61,380 bases of DNA, taken from the NCBI GenBank assembly GCA_003151745.1, contig PLYJ01000033.1, positions 1-61,380 of the forward strand, read 5' to 3'. The notes under the pieces were generated by a model. That model had not been told where the DNA came from, searched no databases, and saw nothing but the letters and a program-made list of their open reading frames with translations. The position numbers and the translations under genes are program-made. Origin of the DNA: Bacteroidota bacterium (GTDB lineage Bacteria > Bacteroidota > Bacteroidia > AKYH767-A > 2013-40CM-41-45). Shown in pieces: positions 19,535 to 30,275 of this stretch. Numbering within the stretch: position 1 is the first letter of the stretch; every line of letters starts with the position of its first letter.

Positions 19535-21043
19535 ATGGATCACCAATCTTTTAGATATTTAATTCCCGGAATAATCTTCATGGTGCCAATTTACTTTGTA
19601 ATATGTTGGATTACCATTTATCATTACGATGATAAAAGTTTACGAGAGTTTGTTTTAATTGGAGGGATTACCACGCTGCCTGCAATAGCTTTGCCTGCTG
19701 GATGGTGGATTTATAATTCGTACAGAACTATTTGGATAGGATTAGAAAAGGGATATGAAAAGAAGGATTTTATTAAACTTGTAAACAGGGATTTAAAGCC
19801 TTTCTTCTCTCCGTTAATAAACGCCGTGTTAATTGACTTTTCTCAAATTAAAGGAATTGGCAGTTGGATTAAAATTGATATTGATATTTTTTTAAAAACA
19901 TTTTATCCATTTACCAGCAAACAAAGGTCTTTATCAGAAATAGAGCAGTTGGGTATTCATCCTGAATTTACAGAACATGTTTCTGACTCCATTCTATTTA
20001 AAGATAGCAGCTATGATTATGCAAGAAGTATTTCTTCTGTCAGATATGGAATTGAAAGCAGCATTTATGCAGCTTTACTAAGCCTTCCTTATGCTTTTGG
20101 GTTAAAAGCTATCTGGCTTTTTGGTTTACATGTCAGAGATAACGAAGTTGTATTATGGACATGGATTTTAGTCCTTATAGTGCTTACTTCATATATTATG
20201 ATGACTATTTACTTGCGGCGTAAATATGCTAACATGGAATATGATGCACGATTAAACCTGACAACATTAACTTCTGCCCGTTCAAATTATTTTGACACTA
20301 AATTTTTCGAGACAAAAATATCTCAAGAAATTATTAATCAAATTAATTTAATCCCCAATCTAAATTCTTCTTATGCTGCGTTTGATTTAGACAATACATT
20401 GTTAATTGACGATATTGGAGAAGCGGTATTTGCTTCTTTAATAAAAGGAGGATTAGTTAAGGATTTTGGATGGAATGATTATTTGAATCTTCTAAAAGAA
20501 AATCGGGAAGCTGCTTATAAAAGGGTAATTAGTGTAATGGATGGTCTTGAACTAAGCAAACTCAAGCAAATTACGCACGAAATTATAGACAGCAATGAAT
20601 TATATATAGAGATTGGAGAAAATAGAATTGCTATACCAAAACCAAATCCTATTATGCAATCAATGATTTCACTGCTAAAAACAAAGCATGTGGACGTTTA
20701 TGTTGTTACTGCAAGTAACAAAATTTCGGCTGAAATTGTTTGCTGGAAATACTTCGGCACACCTTCGTCGAATGTCTTTGGCATAGACGTTAAAAGTGAT
20801 AGTAGCGGAAGAATTTGTTATCAATCACCTGAAATCCCATTTGGCGAAGGAAAAGTTAACGCACTTAAAAAGACATTAAAAAGCAGACCAATTGTAACAG
20901 GTGGGGATGGCGTTTGGGATAGGTTTTTACTTGATTACACAACTTCTGATGGAATTAGATTATGGTTAGGACACGACAAAAACGAATATCAAAAACTTAA
21001 ACAAGAGTTTTACAAAGACTTAAACTTTTTCCATATACTCTGA
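19535..21043 (+). CDS. Membrane protein fused to a HAD-family phosphatase domain
   Basis: About four hydrophobic segments, then FDLDNTL, VVTAS, GEGK and GDGVWD (HAD motifs I-IV). Confidence 0.8.
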   Translation: MDHQSFRYLIPGIIFMVPIYFVICWITIYHYDDKSLREFVLIGGITTLPAIALPAGWWIYNSYRTIWIGLEKGYEKKDFIKLVNRDLKPFFSPLINAVLIDFSQIKGIGSWIKIDIDIFLKTFYPFTSKQRSLSEIEQLGIHPEFTEHVSDSILFKDSSYDYARSISSVRYGIESSIYAALLSLPYAFGLKAIWLFGLHVRDNEVVLWTWILVLIVLTSYIMMTIYLRRKYANMEYDARLNLTTLTSARSNYFDTKFFETKISQEIINQINLIPNLNSSYAAFDLDNTLLIDDIGEAVFASLIKGGLVKDFGWNDYLNLLKENREAAYKRVISVMDGLELSKLKQITHEIIDSNELYIEIGENRIAIPKPNPIMQSMISLLKTKHVDVYVVTASNKISAEIVCWKYFGTPSSNVFGIDVKSDSSGRICYQSPEIPFGEGKVNALKKTLKSRPIVTGGDGVWDRFLLDYTTSDGIRLWLGHDKNEYQKLKQEFYKDLNFFHIL

Positions 21044-21079
21044 AATAAATAAACATAGAAAAACTAAAACCATAACCCC

Positions 21080-24000
21080 ATGCACAACAAATTATTCTAT
21101 TCCATTTCCCTGTTTCTTTTTTTGGCAATTAATCCCACGATTAGCCATGCACAATGGCAGCAAACCAACGGTCCTTATGGAGGTACTATTGTTTGCATGG
21201 CTGTCAGCGGAACAAATATTCTTGCAGGAACTCACAGCGGTATATTTTTATCCACGAATAACGGTGGAAACTGGACTGCAGTTAATAACGGTTTGCCATT
21301 CGATACTATTGTTTCAGAATATGCCACTATTAATTCATTTGCTGTCAGCGGAACAAACATTTTTGCAGCAACTGGCGGCCGTGGCATGTTTTTATCTATC
21401 AACAATGGCAGCAGTTGGACAGCAGTGGATAACGGCTTGACTAATTTTTATGTTAATGCAATAACCATCAGCGGAACAAACATTTTTGCAGCAACTGAAG
21501 GCGGCGGAGTGTTTTTATCCACGAACAACGGCAGCAGTTGGATACCAGTTAATAGTGGCTTGACAAATCTTGAAGTCTATTCATTAGTTGCGTCGGGAAC
21601 AAAGATTTTTGCCGGGACTTATGGTGGTGTTTTTTTATCCACCAACAATGGCAGCAGTTGGACAGCAGTGAATAACGGCTTGACAAATACTTTTATCTAT
21701 TCATTAGCCATCAGCGGAACAAATATTTTTGCGGCAACTGATGGTGGCGGCGTGTTTTTATCCACTAACAATGGCAGCAATTGGACGGCAGTCAATAGTG
21801 GCTTGACAAGTGGTATTGTTTGGTCATTGGCTATCAGCGGGACAAACATTTTTGCTGGGACTGACGATGGAGGCGTGTGCTTATCCAGCAACAATGGCAG
21901 CAGTTGGACGGCGATGAATAGCGGCTTGACAAATACTACTGTCTTATCATTAGTCACCAGTGGGACAAACATTTTTGCTGGAACCAATGGTGGTGGCGTG
22001 TGTTTATCCATCAACAATGGCAGTAGTTGGACAGCGATGAATAGCGGCTTGACAAATACTTCTGTCTTATCATTAGCTGCCAGTGGGACAAACATTTTTG
22101 CGGGAACTGATGGCGGTGATGCGTTTTTATCCAGCAACAATGGTAGCAGTTGGACGGCGATGAATAGCGGACTGACAAATACTTATGTCTATTCATTAGC
22201 CATCAGCGGGGCAAATATTTTTGCCGGGACTCTTAACGGTGTGTTTCTATCCGCCAACAATGGTGACAGTTGGACGGCAGTGAATAGTGGCTTGCCACAA
22301 TATACTTTTGTTTTTTCAATAGCCATCAATGGGACAAACATTTTTGCGGGAACTGAAGTCAGCGGCGTGTTTTTATCCACCAACAATGGCGCAAACTGGA
22401 CAGCGGTTAATACCGGTTTGACAAATACTCAAGTTAATTCACTGGCTGTAAGTGGAAGCAATATATTTGCCGGAACTTATGGTGGCGGCGTGTTTTTATC
22501 AACAAATAATGGCAACAGTTGGACGGCTATCAATACTGGCTTGACTCATACTTATGTTTGGTCATTAGCCATCATAGGGACAAACATTTTTGCCGGGACT
22601 GATGGTGGCGTATTCTTATCCACTAATAACGGTAGCACTTGGACAGCAGCCAATAATGGAATGGTCGGTGTAAGTGTAAGTGCGTTGGCCATCACAGGGA
22701 CAAACATTTTTGCGGGAACTAATGCTGGCGTGTTTTTATCCACCAATAATGGTGCAAACTGGACAGCGGTTAATGACAGTTTGATAAGTGCTCAAGTTAA
22801 TTCATTAGCTTTAAGCGGAACAAATATTTTTGCAGGAACTGTTGGTGGTGGAGTGTGGGAACGTCCTTTATCTGATTTTGTAGTTTATCCGCCGCAGCTT
22901 GATCATATCGGCCCTACACAAGGAGGAAATACAGGTGACGTGACTATTACATTTTTCGGCAGAGCGTTTGGTGATAGCACACAAGTTAAGCTGACAAGGA
23001 GCGGGTATGCTGATATTGTTGCGCCCGATTCATTGACAACACTTACCGCAGATGGAAACGAGGTAGTAGCTACATTTAACCTAAGAGGTCAGCAAGTGGG
23101 TTTATGGAATGCGGTAATGACTATACCGAATGATACGGAAATGACACTTACTAATGCGTTTAATATAATACAAGGCAGCCCTGCACAGGTTTGGTGTAAC
23201 ATTTTAGGTCCGTCACAAATAAGAGTAAATCAATTTGGCAATTTTTCACTAAACTTTGGCAACACAGGCATTGTGGATGCTACGGCTGTTCCATTATGGC
23301 TTGCCATACCCGACAGCATGGTTTCTGATTTCAGCTTTCAAATAACTAATCCGCAGGATACTTTATTCGATTATGATACTATACCTAATTTCGCCCATGC
23401 AGATACCGTATTAGGAGAAAGTTTTAGTGGAAACGTATATCAGTTTTTAGTAAGAAGAATTCCGCCAGGGCAAACTGCTTCACTCAACTTTCGCTTAAAG
23501 ATGCCCTTTTCAGGTAGCAAAAAATTGATGGCTGGTATTCGGCCGCCTCTATATGCTTCTCCTTTAAATCCACAATTGGAAGAGTGCTATACGGCAGTTT
23601 TTAAAGAAATAGATGATAAATTAGGTGATTTACTTGGCCTGCCTGTTGTAGATTGCTTTAACGATTCATGGGATAACGTATATAAGATATGGAAAGATTC
23701 TCCTTGGTTTGATAACAATCCAGATTATGGAACTCTTCCTTACATACTCGACTATTCAAAAAGTCTTTTTTCAATGGTAGCGGATTGTGTTATTGATGTT
23801 TCAGGCACAAGATTATCTGCGATTGAAAATATGGCAAAGGTTGCGTATGAGTTTAGCGGGTATGTTCATCTTGCTTCTTCATGTATTCCATATATATTCA
23901 CTACTGTTCATGGAGATAAAAACTTTAGTACGGTTATTTCCGTTGATCCGAATGAAAAATACGGACCAACAGGTTTGGATTCTTTAAATACAATTAATGC

Positions 24001-25069
24001 TAAGAACCCGCTTAGCTATGTAATAAAATTTGAGAATGATACGGCTTCCACAGCAGCAACACAAAACATACTGATCATTGATTCATTAAATAAATCTCTT
24101 TTAAATTTAAACTCTTTCAGATTTGGAAACATAATGGTTGGCACGAATACATTATATCCTGTTACCAGTTTAAGTAGCTATCAGGATGAAATTGATTTAA
24201 GACCGGCTATAGATTTATTAGTACGTGTAACTGCTACTCTTGACACGGCAAGCGGTGTTGCGCAATGGCTGTTTCAATCTATAGACCCTCTTACTGATTC
24301 TGTAACAACTAATCCGTTGCTTGGTTTTTTACTTCCTGATACTATTCCTCCAAATGGCGAAGGTTTTGTTTCTTATTCCGTGCTTATAAAAGATTCTATA
24401 AAGCTGAATTCAGTAGTCAGTAATACAGCTTATATTTATTTCGATAGCAATCCTGCCGTGCAAACAAATAATTGGACTAACAGAATTGACAATGTTAAAC
24501 CTGTGAGCAAGGTTGATTCATTACCTCCTTTTGAAACAGACAGTTTGTTTACTGTAAGTTGGGCAGGCAGTGATACGAGTTCAGGATTGTTGGATTACAC
24601 AATTTATTATTCTGTGAACGGCGGTACGTATAAAGTTTGGATAAGTGATACGAGAACAACGTCTGCAACATTTTCAGGCACTGTTGATTCAACATACCAT
24701 TTTTATAGCATTGCGCGTGATAGCGCTTATAACGTTGAAGATGCACCTGCTACTCCAGATGCTTCTACCACAATTGAAGTTCCTGCCGGAATTAAATCAT
24801 TTGATATGGCTTCGGGTAATTTGCTTGTGTATCCGAATCCTGCAAACACAGAAATTTATTTCGTTTATAATTTACCTGCTTCTTCACAAGTATATTTGAG
24901 AATTTTTAACCTCCTTGGGCAGCAATCTTACGATATAATGAATGAAACCCAATCCCAAGGAATTCATAAATTCAGAACTGATGCAAGCAATATAGCCCAA
25001 GGAACATATCTCTGCGAATTGAGATATGGTAATTCTGTCAAGAGAAGCAAGCTCGTGATTATAAAATGA
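21080..25069 (+). CDS. Large BNR/Asp-box repeat T9SS cargo protein
   Basis: Signal peptide, about 13 STNNGSSW repeats, SVDPNEK/FEN/IYFD domain, and a CTD (YPNP...GTY). Confidence 0.9.
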   Translation: MHNKLFYSISLFLFLAINPTISHAQWQQTNGPYGGTIVCMAVSGTNILAGTHSGIFLSTNNGGNWTAVNNGLPFDTIVSEYATINSFAVSGTNIFAATGGRGMFLSINNGSSWTAVDNGLTNFYVNAITISGTNIFAATEGGGVFLSTNNGSSWIPVNSGLTNLEVYSLVASGTKIFAGTYGGVFLSTNNGSSWTAVNNGLTNTFIYSLAISGTNIFAATDGGGVFLSTNNGSNWTAVNSGLTSGIVWSLAISGTNIFAGTDDGGVCLSSNNGSSWTAMNSGLTNTTVLSLVTSGTNIFAGTNGGGVCLSINNGSSWTAMNSGLTNTSVLSLAASGTNIFAGTDGGDAFLSSNNGSSWTAMNSGLTNTYVYSLAISGANIFAGTLNGVFLSANNGDSWTAVNSGLPQYTFVFSIAINGTNIFAGTEVSGVFLSTNNGANWTAVNTGLTNTQVNSLAVSGSNIFAGTYGGGVFLSTNNGNSWTAINTGLTHTYVWSLAIIGTNIFAGTDGGVFLSTNNGSTWTAANNGMVGVSVSALAITGTNIFAGTNAGVFLSTNNGANWTAVNDSLISAQVNSLALSGTNIFAGTVGGGVWERPLSDFVVYPPQLDHIGPTQGGNTGDVTITFFGRAFGDSTQVKLTRSGYADIVAPDSLTTLTADGNEVVATFNLRGQQVGLWNAVMTIPNDTEMTLTNAFNIIQGSPAQVWCNILGPSQIRVNQFGNFSLNFGNTGIVDATAVPLWLAIPDSMVSDFSFQITNPQDTLFDYDTIPNFAHADTVLGESFSGNVYQFLVRRIPPGQTASLNFRLKMPFSGSKKLMAGIRPPLYASPLNPQLEECYTAVFKEIDDKLGDLLGLPVVDCFNDSWDNVYKIWKDSPWFDNNPDYGTLPYILDYSKSLFSMVADCVIDVSGTRLSAIENMAKVAYEFSGYVHLASSCIPYIFTTVHGDKNFSTVISVDPNEKYGPTGLDSLNTINAKNPLSYVIKFENDTASTAATQNILIIDSLNKSLLNLNSFRFGNIMVGTNTLYPVTSLSSYQDEIDLRPAIDLLVRVTATLDTASGVAQWLFQSIDPLTDSVTTNPLLGFLLPDTIPPNGEGFVSYSVLIKDSIKLNSVVSNTAYIYFDSNPAVQTNNWTNRIDNVKPVSKVDSLPPFETDSLFTVSWAGSDTSSGLLDYTIYYSVNGGTYKVWISDTRTTSATFSGTVDSTYHFYSIARDSAYNVEDAPATPDASTTIEVPAGIKSFDMASGNLLVYPNPANTEIYFVYNLPASSQVYLRIFNLLGQQSYDIMNETQSQGIHKFRTDASNIAQGTYLCELRYGNSVKRSKLVIIK

Positions 25070-25088
25070 TTTGAGGTAAATTAGTTTT

Positions 25089-27101
25089 TTATTTCAGCAC
25101 ATCAATCCCTAACTCCTTAGAAAGCTCCATTTTAACTTTCTCCAGTTGCTGTTGCGTTTCAAGGAGTGAGCCTATTTCCTTTCCTGATTGGTATTCATCC
25201 TTTATCTTATCACGATTCTCTTTCAAAAGCTTCATCACGCTTCTGATTTTAATAGCATTAATAGAGCCTTTCACGGCACTGTTTAATACAAACTCTTCGG
25301 AGGGAACGGCAATACGGTGCATCGTTGCCCAGTTGTCGCTCAATAAATAAGGAGAGGAGATGAGACTGATTGCGAGGTTTGCAATCTCAGCATCGGTGTG
25401 ATGTATGAAATATTGCTGATCCAGCAATTCCTGTTGTTGAATGAGCGAAAATATTTCAGTAAATACTTTTTGATAAAGAATATTTTCAATAACGATGCCA
25501 TCTTTTTCAAGTTCATTTAAAATGAATCGTGAAACTTTTATCGTTGTTTCTTTTACTTCTCCGGCGGAGCCCGTATGGACAGGCTTGCCTTCTTCTGTTT
25601 GTATTATGTCAACAAAGTGGAGATCGTGATTTGCGAAAATTAAAAGCAAGCGTACAATTTCCCGCTCCTGGTGTTCTGCATCTTCGTCTGCAAGAGGCTG
25701 GTAAACGGGAAGCAGATCGAGCGGGATTGATTCTGCTTCTTCCCTGTCTGTTTGTTTCTTTAACTGGGAGCGCCTGATCTTATTCAGCTCGGCAATCAGT
25801 ATCTGCTCTTGTATGTCAAGCAGGGCGCTGCATTTCTTTGTATAAGTTGAACGAATGATTGGATCGGGAATCTTTGCAATGCTCTCCACCACATCCCTGA
25901 TCAGCAATGCCTTCTTTACAGGATCATCTTTTACTTCTTCAACAAGCAGGCTGGTTTTAAAGACGATGAAATCCTTTGCATTGGTTTTGAGAAACTGCTG
26001 CACTTCACTGCTGCTGTGATTTTTAGAAAAGGAATCGGGATCTTCGCCTTGAGGAAACAAAACGACTTTCACATTCAATCCTTCTTCCAGTATCATGTCA
26101 ATACCGCGAAGAGATGCTTTGATGCCGGCAGGATCGGCGTCGTAGAGGACAGTTACATTTTTTGTGTAGCGCGCTATCAGCCGAATCTGTTCTGTTGTTA
26201 ATGCCGTGCCGCTCGATGCAACCACATTTTCTATTCCTGCCTGGTGAAGTGAAATAACATCGGTATATCCTTCCACGAGATAACAGTTATCCTGCTGAAC
26301 GATGCCGTTTTTGGCAAAGTAGATTCCATAAAGCACCTTGCTTTTATGGTACACTTCGCTCTCTGGAGAGTTCAGGTACTTCGCTGTCTTCTCATCTTTC
26401 TTTAAGATGCGTCCGCCAAAAGCAATGACGCGTCCGGCAAGATTATGAATCGGAAACATGACGCGCCCTTTGAAGCGGTCAAACAGCCCCTCTCCGCCTC
26501 TTCCGCCAATTGGCGGAGAGAGCGATTTGTCTTTTGCAATGGACAAACCTGTTTTAACCAAGAATTCTTCAGCGTATCCATTTTTCAAAATGGCATCACT
26601 AAATGCATTCCACTCATCAAGTGAATAGCCAAGTTGGAATTTTTTTATCGTCGCTTCCGTAAAACCTCTTTCTTTAAAATATGGAAGAGCAATGCTCTTG
26701 CCTTCCGGCCTGTCAAAGAGATTATCGCTGAAATACTTTTGTGCAAAAGCATTCACCAGCAGCATGCTTTCTTTTTCGTCACGTATCGCTGCCTGTTCAG
26801 GCGTTTGATTTTCTTCTTCTATCTCAATGTTATACTTCTTTGCAAGGGAGCGCAGCGCATCAGGATAGGTGTAATGCTCATGCTCCATCAAAAACGTCAC
26901 GGCATTCCCTGCTTTACCACAGCCAAAACACTTATATATATTACGTGCAGGGTTTACATTAAACGAAGGAGTCTTCTCATTATGAAAAGGGCAAAGACCA
27001 AGCAGGTTCACTCCCCGCTTCTTGAGGTGAACAAACTCACCCACGACGTCTTCCACGCGGGCAGTTTCTGTGATTCGGTCTATGGTGGACTTACTGATCA
27101 A
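25089..27101 (-). CDS. dnaG: DNA primase
   Basis: CPFH..CFGC zinc finger, KYLNSPES, EGYTD and DADPAG. Confidence 0.97.
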   Translation of the reverse strand: MISKSTIDRITETARVEDVVGEFVHLKKRGVNLLGLCPFHNEKTPSFNVNPARNIYKCFGCGKAGNAVTFLMEHEHYTYPDALRSLAKKYNIEIEEENQTPEQAAIRDEKESMLLVNAFAQKYFSDNLFDRPEGKSIALPYFKERGFTEATIKKFQLGYSLDEWNAFSDAILKNGYAEEFLVKTGLSIAKDKSLSPPIGGRGGEGLFDRFKGRVMFPIHNLAGRVIAFGGRILKKDEKTAKYLNSPESEVYHKSKVLYGIYFAKNGIVQQDNCYLVEGYTDVISLHQAGIENVVASSGTALTTEQIRLIARYTKNVTVLYDADPAGIKASLRGIDMILEEGLNVKVVLFPQGEDPDSFSKNHSSSEVQQFLKTNAKDFIVFKTSLLVEEVKDDPVKKALLIRDVVESIAKIPDPIIRSTYTKKCSALLDIQEQILIAELNKIRRSQLKKQTDREEAESIPLDLLPVYQPLADEDAEHQEREIVRLLLIFANHDLHFVDIIQTEEGKPVHTGSAGEVKETTIKVSRFILNELEKDGIVIENILYQKVFTEIFSLIQQQELLDQQYFIHHTDAEIANLAISLISSPYLLSDNWATMHRIAVPSEEFVLNSAVKGSINAIKIRSVMKLLKENRDKIKDEYQSGKEIGSLLETQQQLEKVKMELSKELGIDVLK

Positions 27102-28101
27102 GCTGCGCTAATTTTTTATTCCTTACTGTCTTTGTCTTTTTCGGAATGGATTGGTTAATGAAAGCCATGATCTCATTGTAATATTCTCCGCCGCCTTTTT
27201 CGTCAATGTCTGAGTGCCCTGCACCCTGCACAGTCATAAAATTCTTTATTCGCGCACCGGAGGAATCGGAAAGTACAGAAGTTTCTTTCGGGTCAACTAT
27301 ATTGTCATCACTCCCGGCAATGAAGAGTGTAGGAATGGAGTCGTATTTAATGATGTCAGCAAAATCGAGAGCGCTGACGTCATATCCCATTTGCCTCTTG
27401 AGCCTGATCTTAAGCGAAGGGATCAGAAACTTTTCAAACGAGCCCCACTGCTTATCAGCAAAAATACGAACATATTTTTCATAGCTGTTAAAACCGCTTT
27501 GAACGATGAACACACTCGGCCGATTGTCTTTAGCAAACAGTTGAATGCCGATGGCAGCGCCTGTCCCAATTCCGAACAGGGCTACATGCTTTGTTTCAGG
27601 CCTTCGATACAGGCTGTCGAGGATAATTTTTACATCTTCAACGGCAGGACTACCTATGCTGAATGTCTCTCCGTCACTGTTGCCATGTGCCCGCATATCT
27701 ACAATGCAAACATGAAAGCCCCTGTCATGAAACGGTTTTATCATATCCAGGCAGGTGATTTTGCTTTCGTTAAGATCATGCAATATGAGGATAGTGGTTG
27801 CTTCTTCATCATTGACAGGAATGTACCATCCGCGTAATATGAGGCTGTCCTTCGTTCTTACATTAAAGTTTTCGTAATATAGATTAACAGATGACGGGTT
27901 AAACAAAAATATCTTAGCGTTCTGGACGTTTGCGCCTTTTTCCTCTAAGGAAGTTTTTACCTGTTCATTATGCACATAAAGAGAATCAACCCTGACAGGA
28001 TATATAAGCGAAGGCATCATGAGATATGGAGACAGGAAAATGAATCCCGCAACTCCAATCAAGGCAAAATCAAATAAAAAAGAGAGGCTCGTGAGTTTCA
28101 T
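27091..28101 (-). CDS. Membrane-anchored alpha/beta hydrolase fold protein
   Basis: N-terminal TM segment, LRGWY, DMRAHGNSDG, GSDD and GAGH. The nucleophile elbow reads GIGTG. Confidence 0.85.
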   Translation of the reverse strand: MKLTSLSFLFDFALIGVAGFIFLSPYLMMPSLIYPVRVDSLYVHNEQVKTSLEEKGANVQNAKIFLFNPSSVNLYYENFNVRTKDSLILRGWYIPVNDEEATTILILHDLNESKITCLDMIKPFHDRGFHVCIVDMRAHGNSDGETFSIGSPAVEDVKIILDSLYRRPETKHVALFGIGTGAAIGIQLFAKDNRPSVFIVQSGFNSYEKYVRIFADKQWGSFEKFLIPSLKIRLKRQMGYDVSALDFADIIKYDSIPTLFIAGSDDNIVDPKETSVLSDSSGARIKNFMTVQGAGHSDIDEKGGGEYYNEIMAFINQSIPKKTKTVRNKKLAQLDQ

Positions 28102-29075
28102 TAGTATTCCCGTTCAATAGTAAATGCTATCAATTGCTCTAACGAGTTTTTATAAATATTATTCTCAAACTCATTAAGTAAATTCAATGCTTTATCCCTG
28201 TATATCTTCATTTGCTCATGGGCATAATGAATGCCACCACCGCTAACAACAAACGCTATTGCCTCTTTCACCTTTTTATTGTCCTTATTGTGATTGCGGA
28301 TGATGTTGACGATCCGTTTCCTGTCGCTATAGCTTGCATTGCTCAACGCATATATTAACGGAAGGGTCATCTTGCTTTCTTTAATATCAATGCCGGTAGG
28401 CTTGCCTATCTTTCCGTCAGGTCCGTAGTCAAATAAATCATCTTTTATCTGGAAAGCGATGCCGATCAGCTCGCCAAAGCGGTGCATTTTATCAATCACC
28501 TCTTCACGGCATCCTGCTGAAGCAGCACCGCAGGCGCAACAGGCGGCAATAAGCGAAGCTGTTTTCTGGCGGATGATTTCAAAATAAATATCTTCTTTAA
28601 TATCGAGCCGTCTTGCTTTTTCAATCTGCAATAATTCTCCCTCGCTCATTATCTTCACAGCATTACTTACGATTTTCAGTAGGTTATGGTCGTTGTTCTC
28701 CACAGAAAGAATTAATCCTTTTGACAACAGATAATCCCCAACCAATACAGCAATTTTATTTTTCCATAATGCATTAATAGAAAAGAAACCTCTGCGCTCA
28801 TTGCTATCATCCACCACATCATCATGCACGAGCGTAGCCGTGTGCAGCAGCTCGATCAGCGAAGCTGCCCGATAGCTTGTGTCTGTAATGCCTCCGCACA
28901 TGCCTGCTGAGAAAAACACAAACATTGGCCGCATCTGTTTGCCTTTTCTTTTCACAATGTAGTGCGTAATGCGGTCGAGCAAAGGCACAGCGCTGCTCAT
29001 AGACTCTCTGAATTTATATTCAAAGTCCTCCATGACCTGCGCAATGGGCTCCTTTATCTTCTCAAGTGTCAGCAT
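28101..29075 (-). CDS. ispB: Polyprenyl diphosphate synthase
   Basis: HDDVVD...RRG and FQIKDDLFD. Confidence 0.92.
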   Translation of the reverse strand: MLTLEKIKEPIAQVMEDFEYKFRESMSSAVPLLDRITHYIVKRKGKQMRPMFVFFSAGMCGGITDTSYRAASLIELLHTATLVHDDVVDDSNERRGFFSINALWKNKIAVLVGDYLLSKGLILSVENNDHNLLKIVSNAVKIMSEGELLQIEKARRLDIKEDIYFEIIRQKTASLIAACCACGAASAGCREEVIDKMHRFGELIGIAFQIKDDLFDYGPDGKIGKPTGIDIKESKMTLPLIYALSNASYSDRKRIVNIIRNHNKDNKKVKEAIAFVVSGGGIHYAHEQMKIYRDKALNLLNEFENNIYKNSLEQLIAFTIEREY

Positions 29076-29189
29076 TGATTTTTGGAAGATGCGAATGTAA
29101 TTGAAAAAAAATGTTTAAAGATTAAGGTTCAATGTCTAAAGTTAGCGGTCATGAACATTAAACATTGAACCTTAAACTTTAAACCGGAA

Positions 29190-30263
29190 TTAATACACTC
29201 TTCCCTTATATAAAATCTTATTATCGTTCGTCCCCAGCTTATACCAAATCACATTGCCCCTGAGAAGGAACTTAGCAGGGCGCTCAACAGAAATCTCATC
29301 AACCTTGCCGTCATGAAATAGCCTGAGATGGCCGAGATCGTCCAGGTAGACAAGGGAAGATTCACTGATCTGGTAGTTGGTCAGCACATTACGTTCTATC
29401 TCTACAGGCTGGCCGTTATAAAAAACACTGAATATCCCGTTGTAAGAGTACAACACCAGGTTATTTCTTACAATAAATGAATCCGGCTCGAATGAACTAA
29501 CGGTGGTAAGAGTGCCATTGCTAAGAATTTTAAAGCTGCCGGAGTTGTCAACATAAGCAACAATGCCGTCGCCGCATTTAAATGATTTTGGCGGAAAAGT
29601 TTCCACTTTAGCAACATCGCCTCTGTAAAATATTTTAAAAAACTGCGTGTTGCTGTCCACGTATGCCGCTATGTCACTGCCGCAGGCATAGCGCGATGCG
29701 AAATTAGTTCCCAAGTCCGTTATTGAACCTTTGTAAAATATTTTCAGGTAGTCATTGGGATCTAAAAAAAGTAACGTGTTTGAACCTGCAATCATCGTAT
29801 CGGGCGGGTTGATTAAATTAGTCTCAATATCCTTAACTCTCCCCTGGTAATAAACCTGCAGCGTACGTGCATTATCATCGTAAAACCCGACAATACTGTC
29901 GCCTGCAGTGTACTTATTTATATAATACGTGAGCTGTAGTTTTTTCCCATTATCAAATACGCTCAGTATCTGGTTGATTTGGTATATAAGCAAATCCCTT
30001 GTGGCCCTGTAATTTAAATTATTTGCGTATGCCACATCTATGCTCGCCCCTTGATAATATATTTTGAATTCAGTGGTGTTATCGACGTAGCCAATACAGT
30101 TATATCCGATCTTAAACGATTGCAAGGGCATATACTCTATCTCGCGGAAAACGCCGTCTTCAAATACCTGGAACTTTTGCTGGTAATCAGTAAAAGCCAT
30201 GATGTTTTGGGAGAACGAGGTTGCGCTGCTGAAAAGAAAAACGACAAGTGTAAAAATCCTCAT
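29190..30263 (-). CDS. Secreted hypothetical protein with beta-rich internal repeats
   Basis: Signal peptide and recurring (Y/F)xD..FKIFYxG units. Confidence 0.8.
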   Translation of the reverse strand: MRIFTLVVFLFSSATSFSQNIMAFTDYQQKFQVFEDGVFREIEYMPLQSFKIGYNCIGYVDNTTEFKIYYQGASIDVAYANNLNYRATRDLLIYQINQILSVFDNGKKLQLTYYINKYTAGDSIVGFYDDNARTLQVYYQGRVKDIETNLINPPDTMIAGSNTLLFLDPNDYLKIFYKGSITDLGTNFASRYACGSDIAAYVDSNTQFFKIFYRGDVAKVETFPPKSFKCGDGIVAYVDNSGSFKILSNGTLTTVSSFEPDSFIVRNNLVLYSYNGIFSVFYNGQPVEIERNVLTNYQISESSLVYLDDLGHLRLFHDGKVDEISVERPAKFLLRGNVIWYKLGTNDNKILYKGRVY

Positions 30264-30275
30264 ATATAAAAAGTG

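Noticed and set aside
8686-22746. Antisense ORFs over the BNR repeat genes
   Set aside because: They are shadows of the repetitive sense-strand codons.
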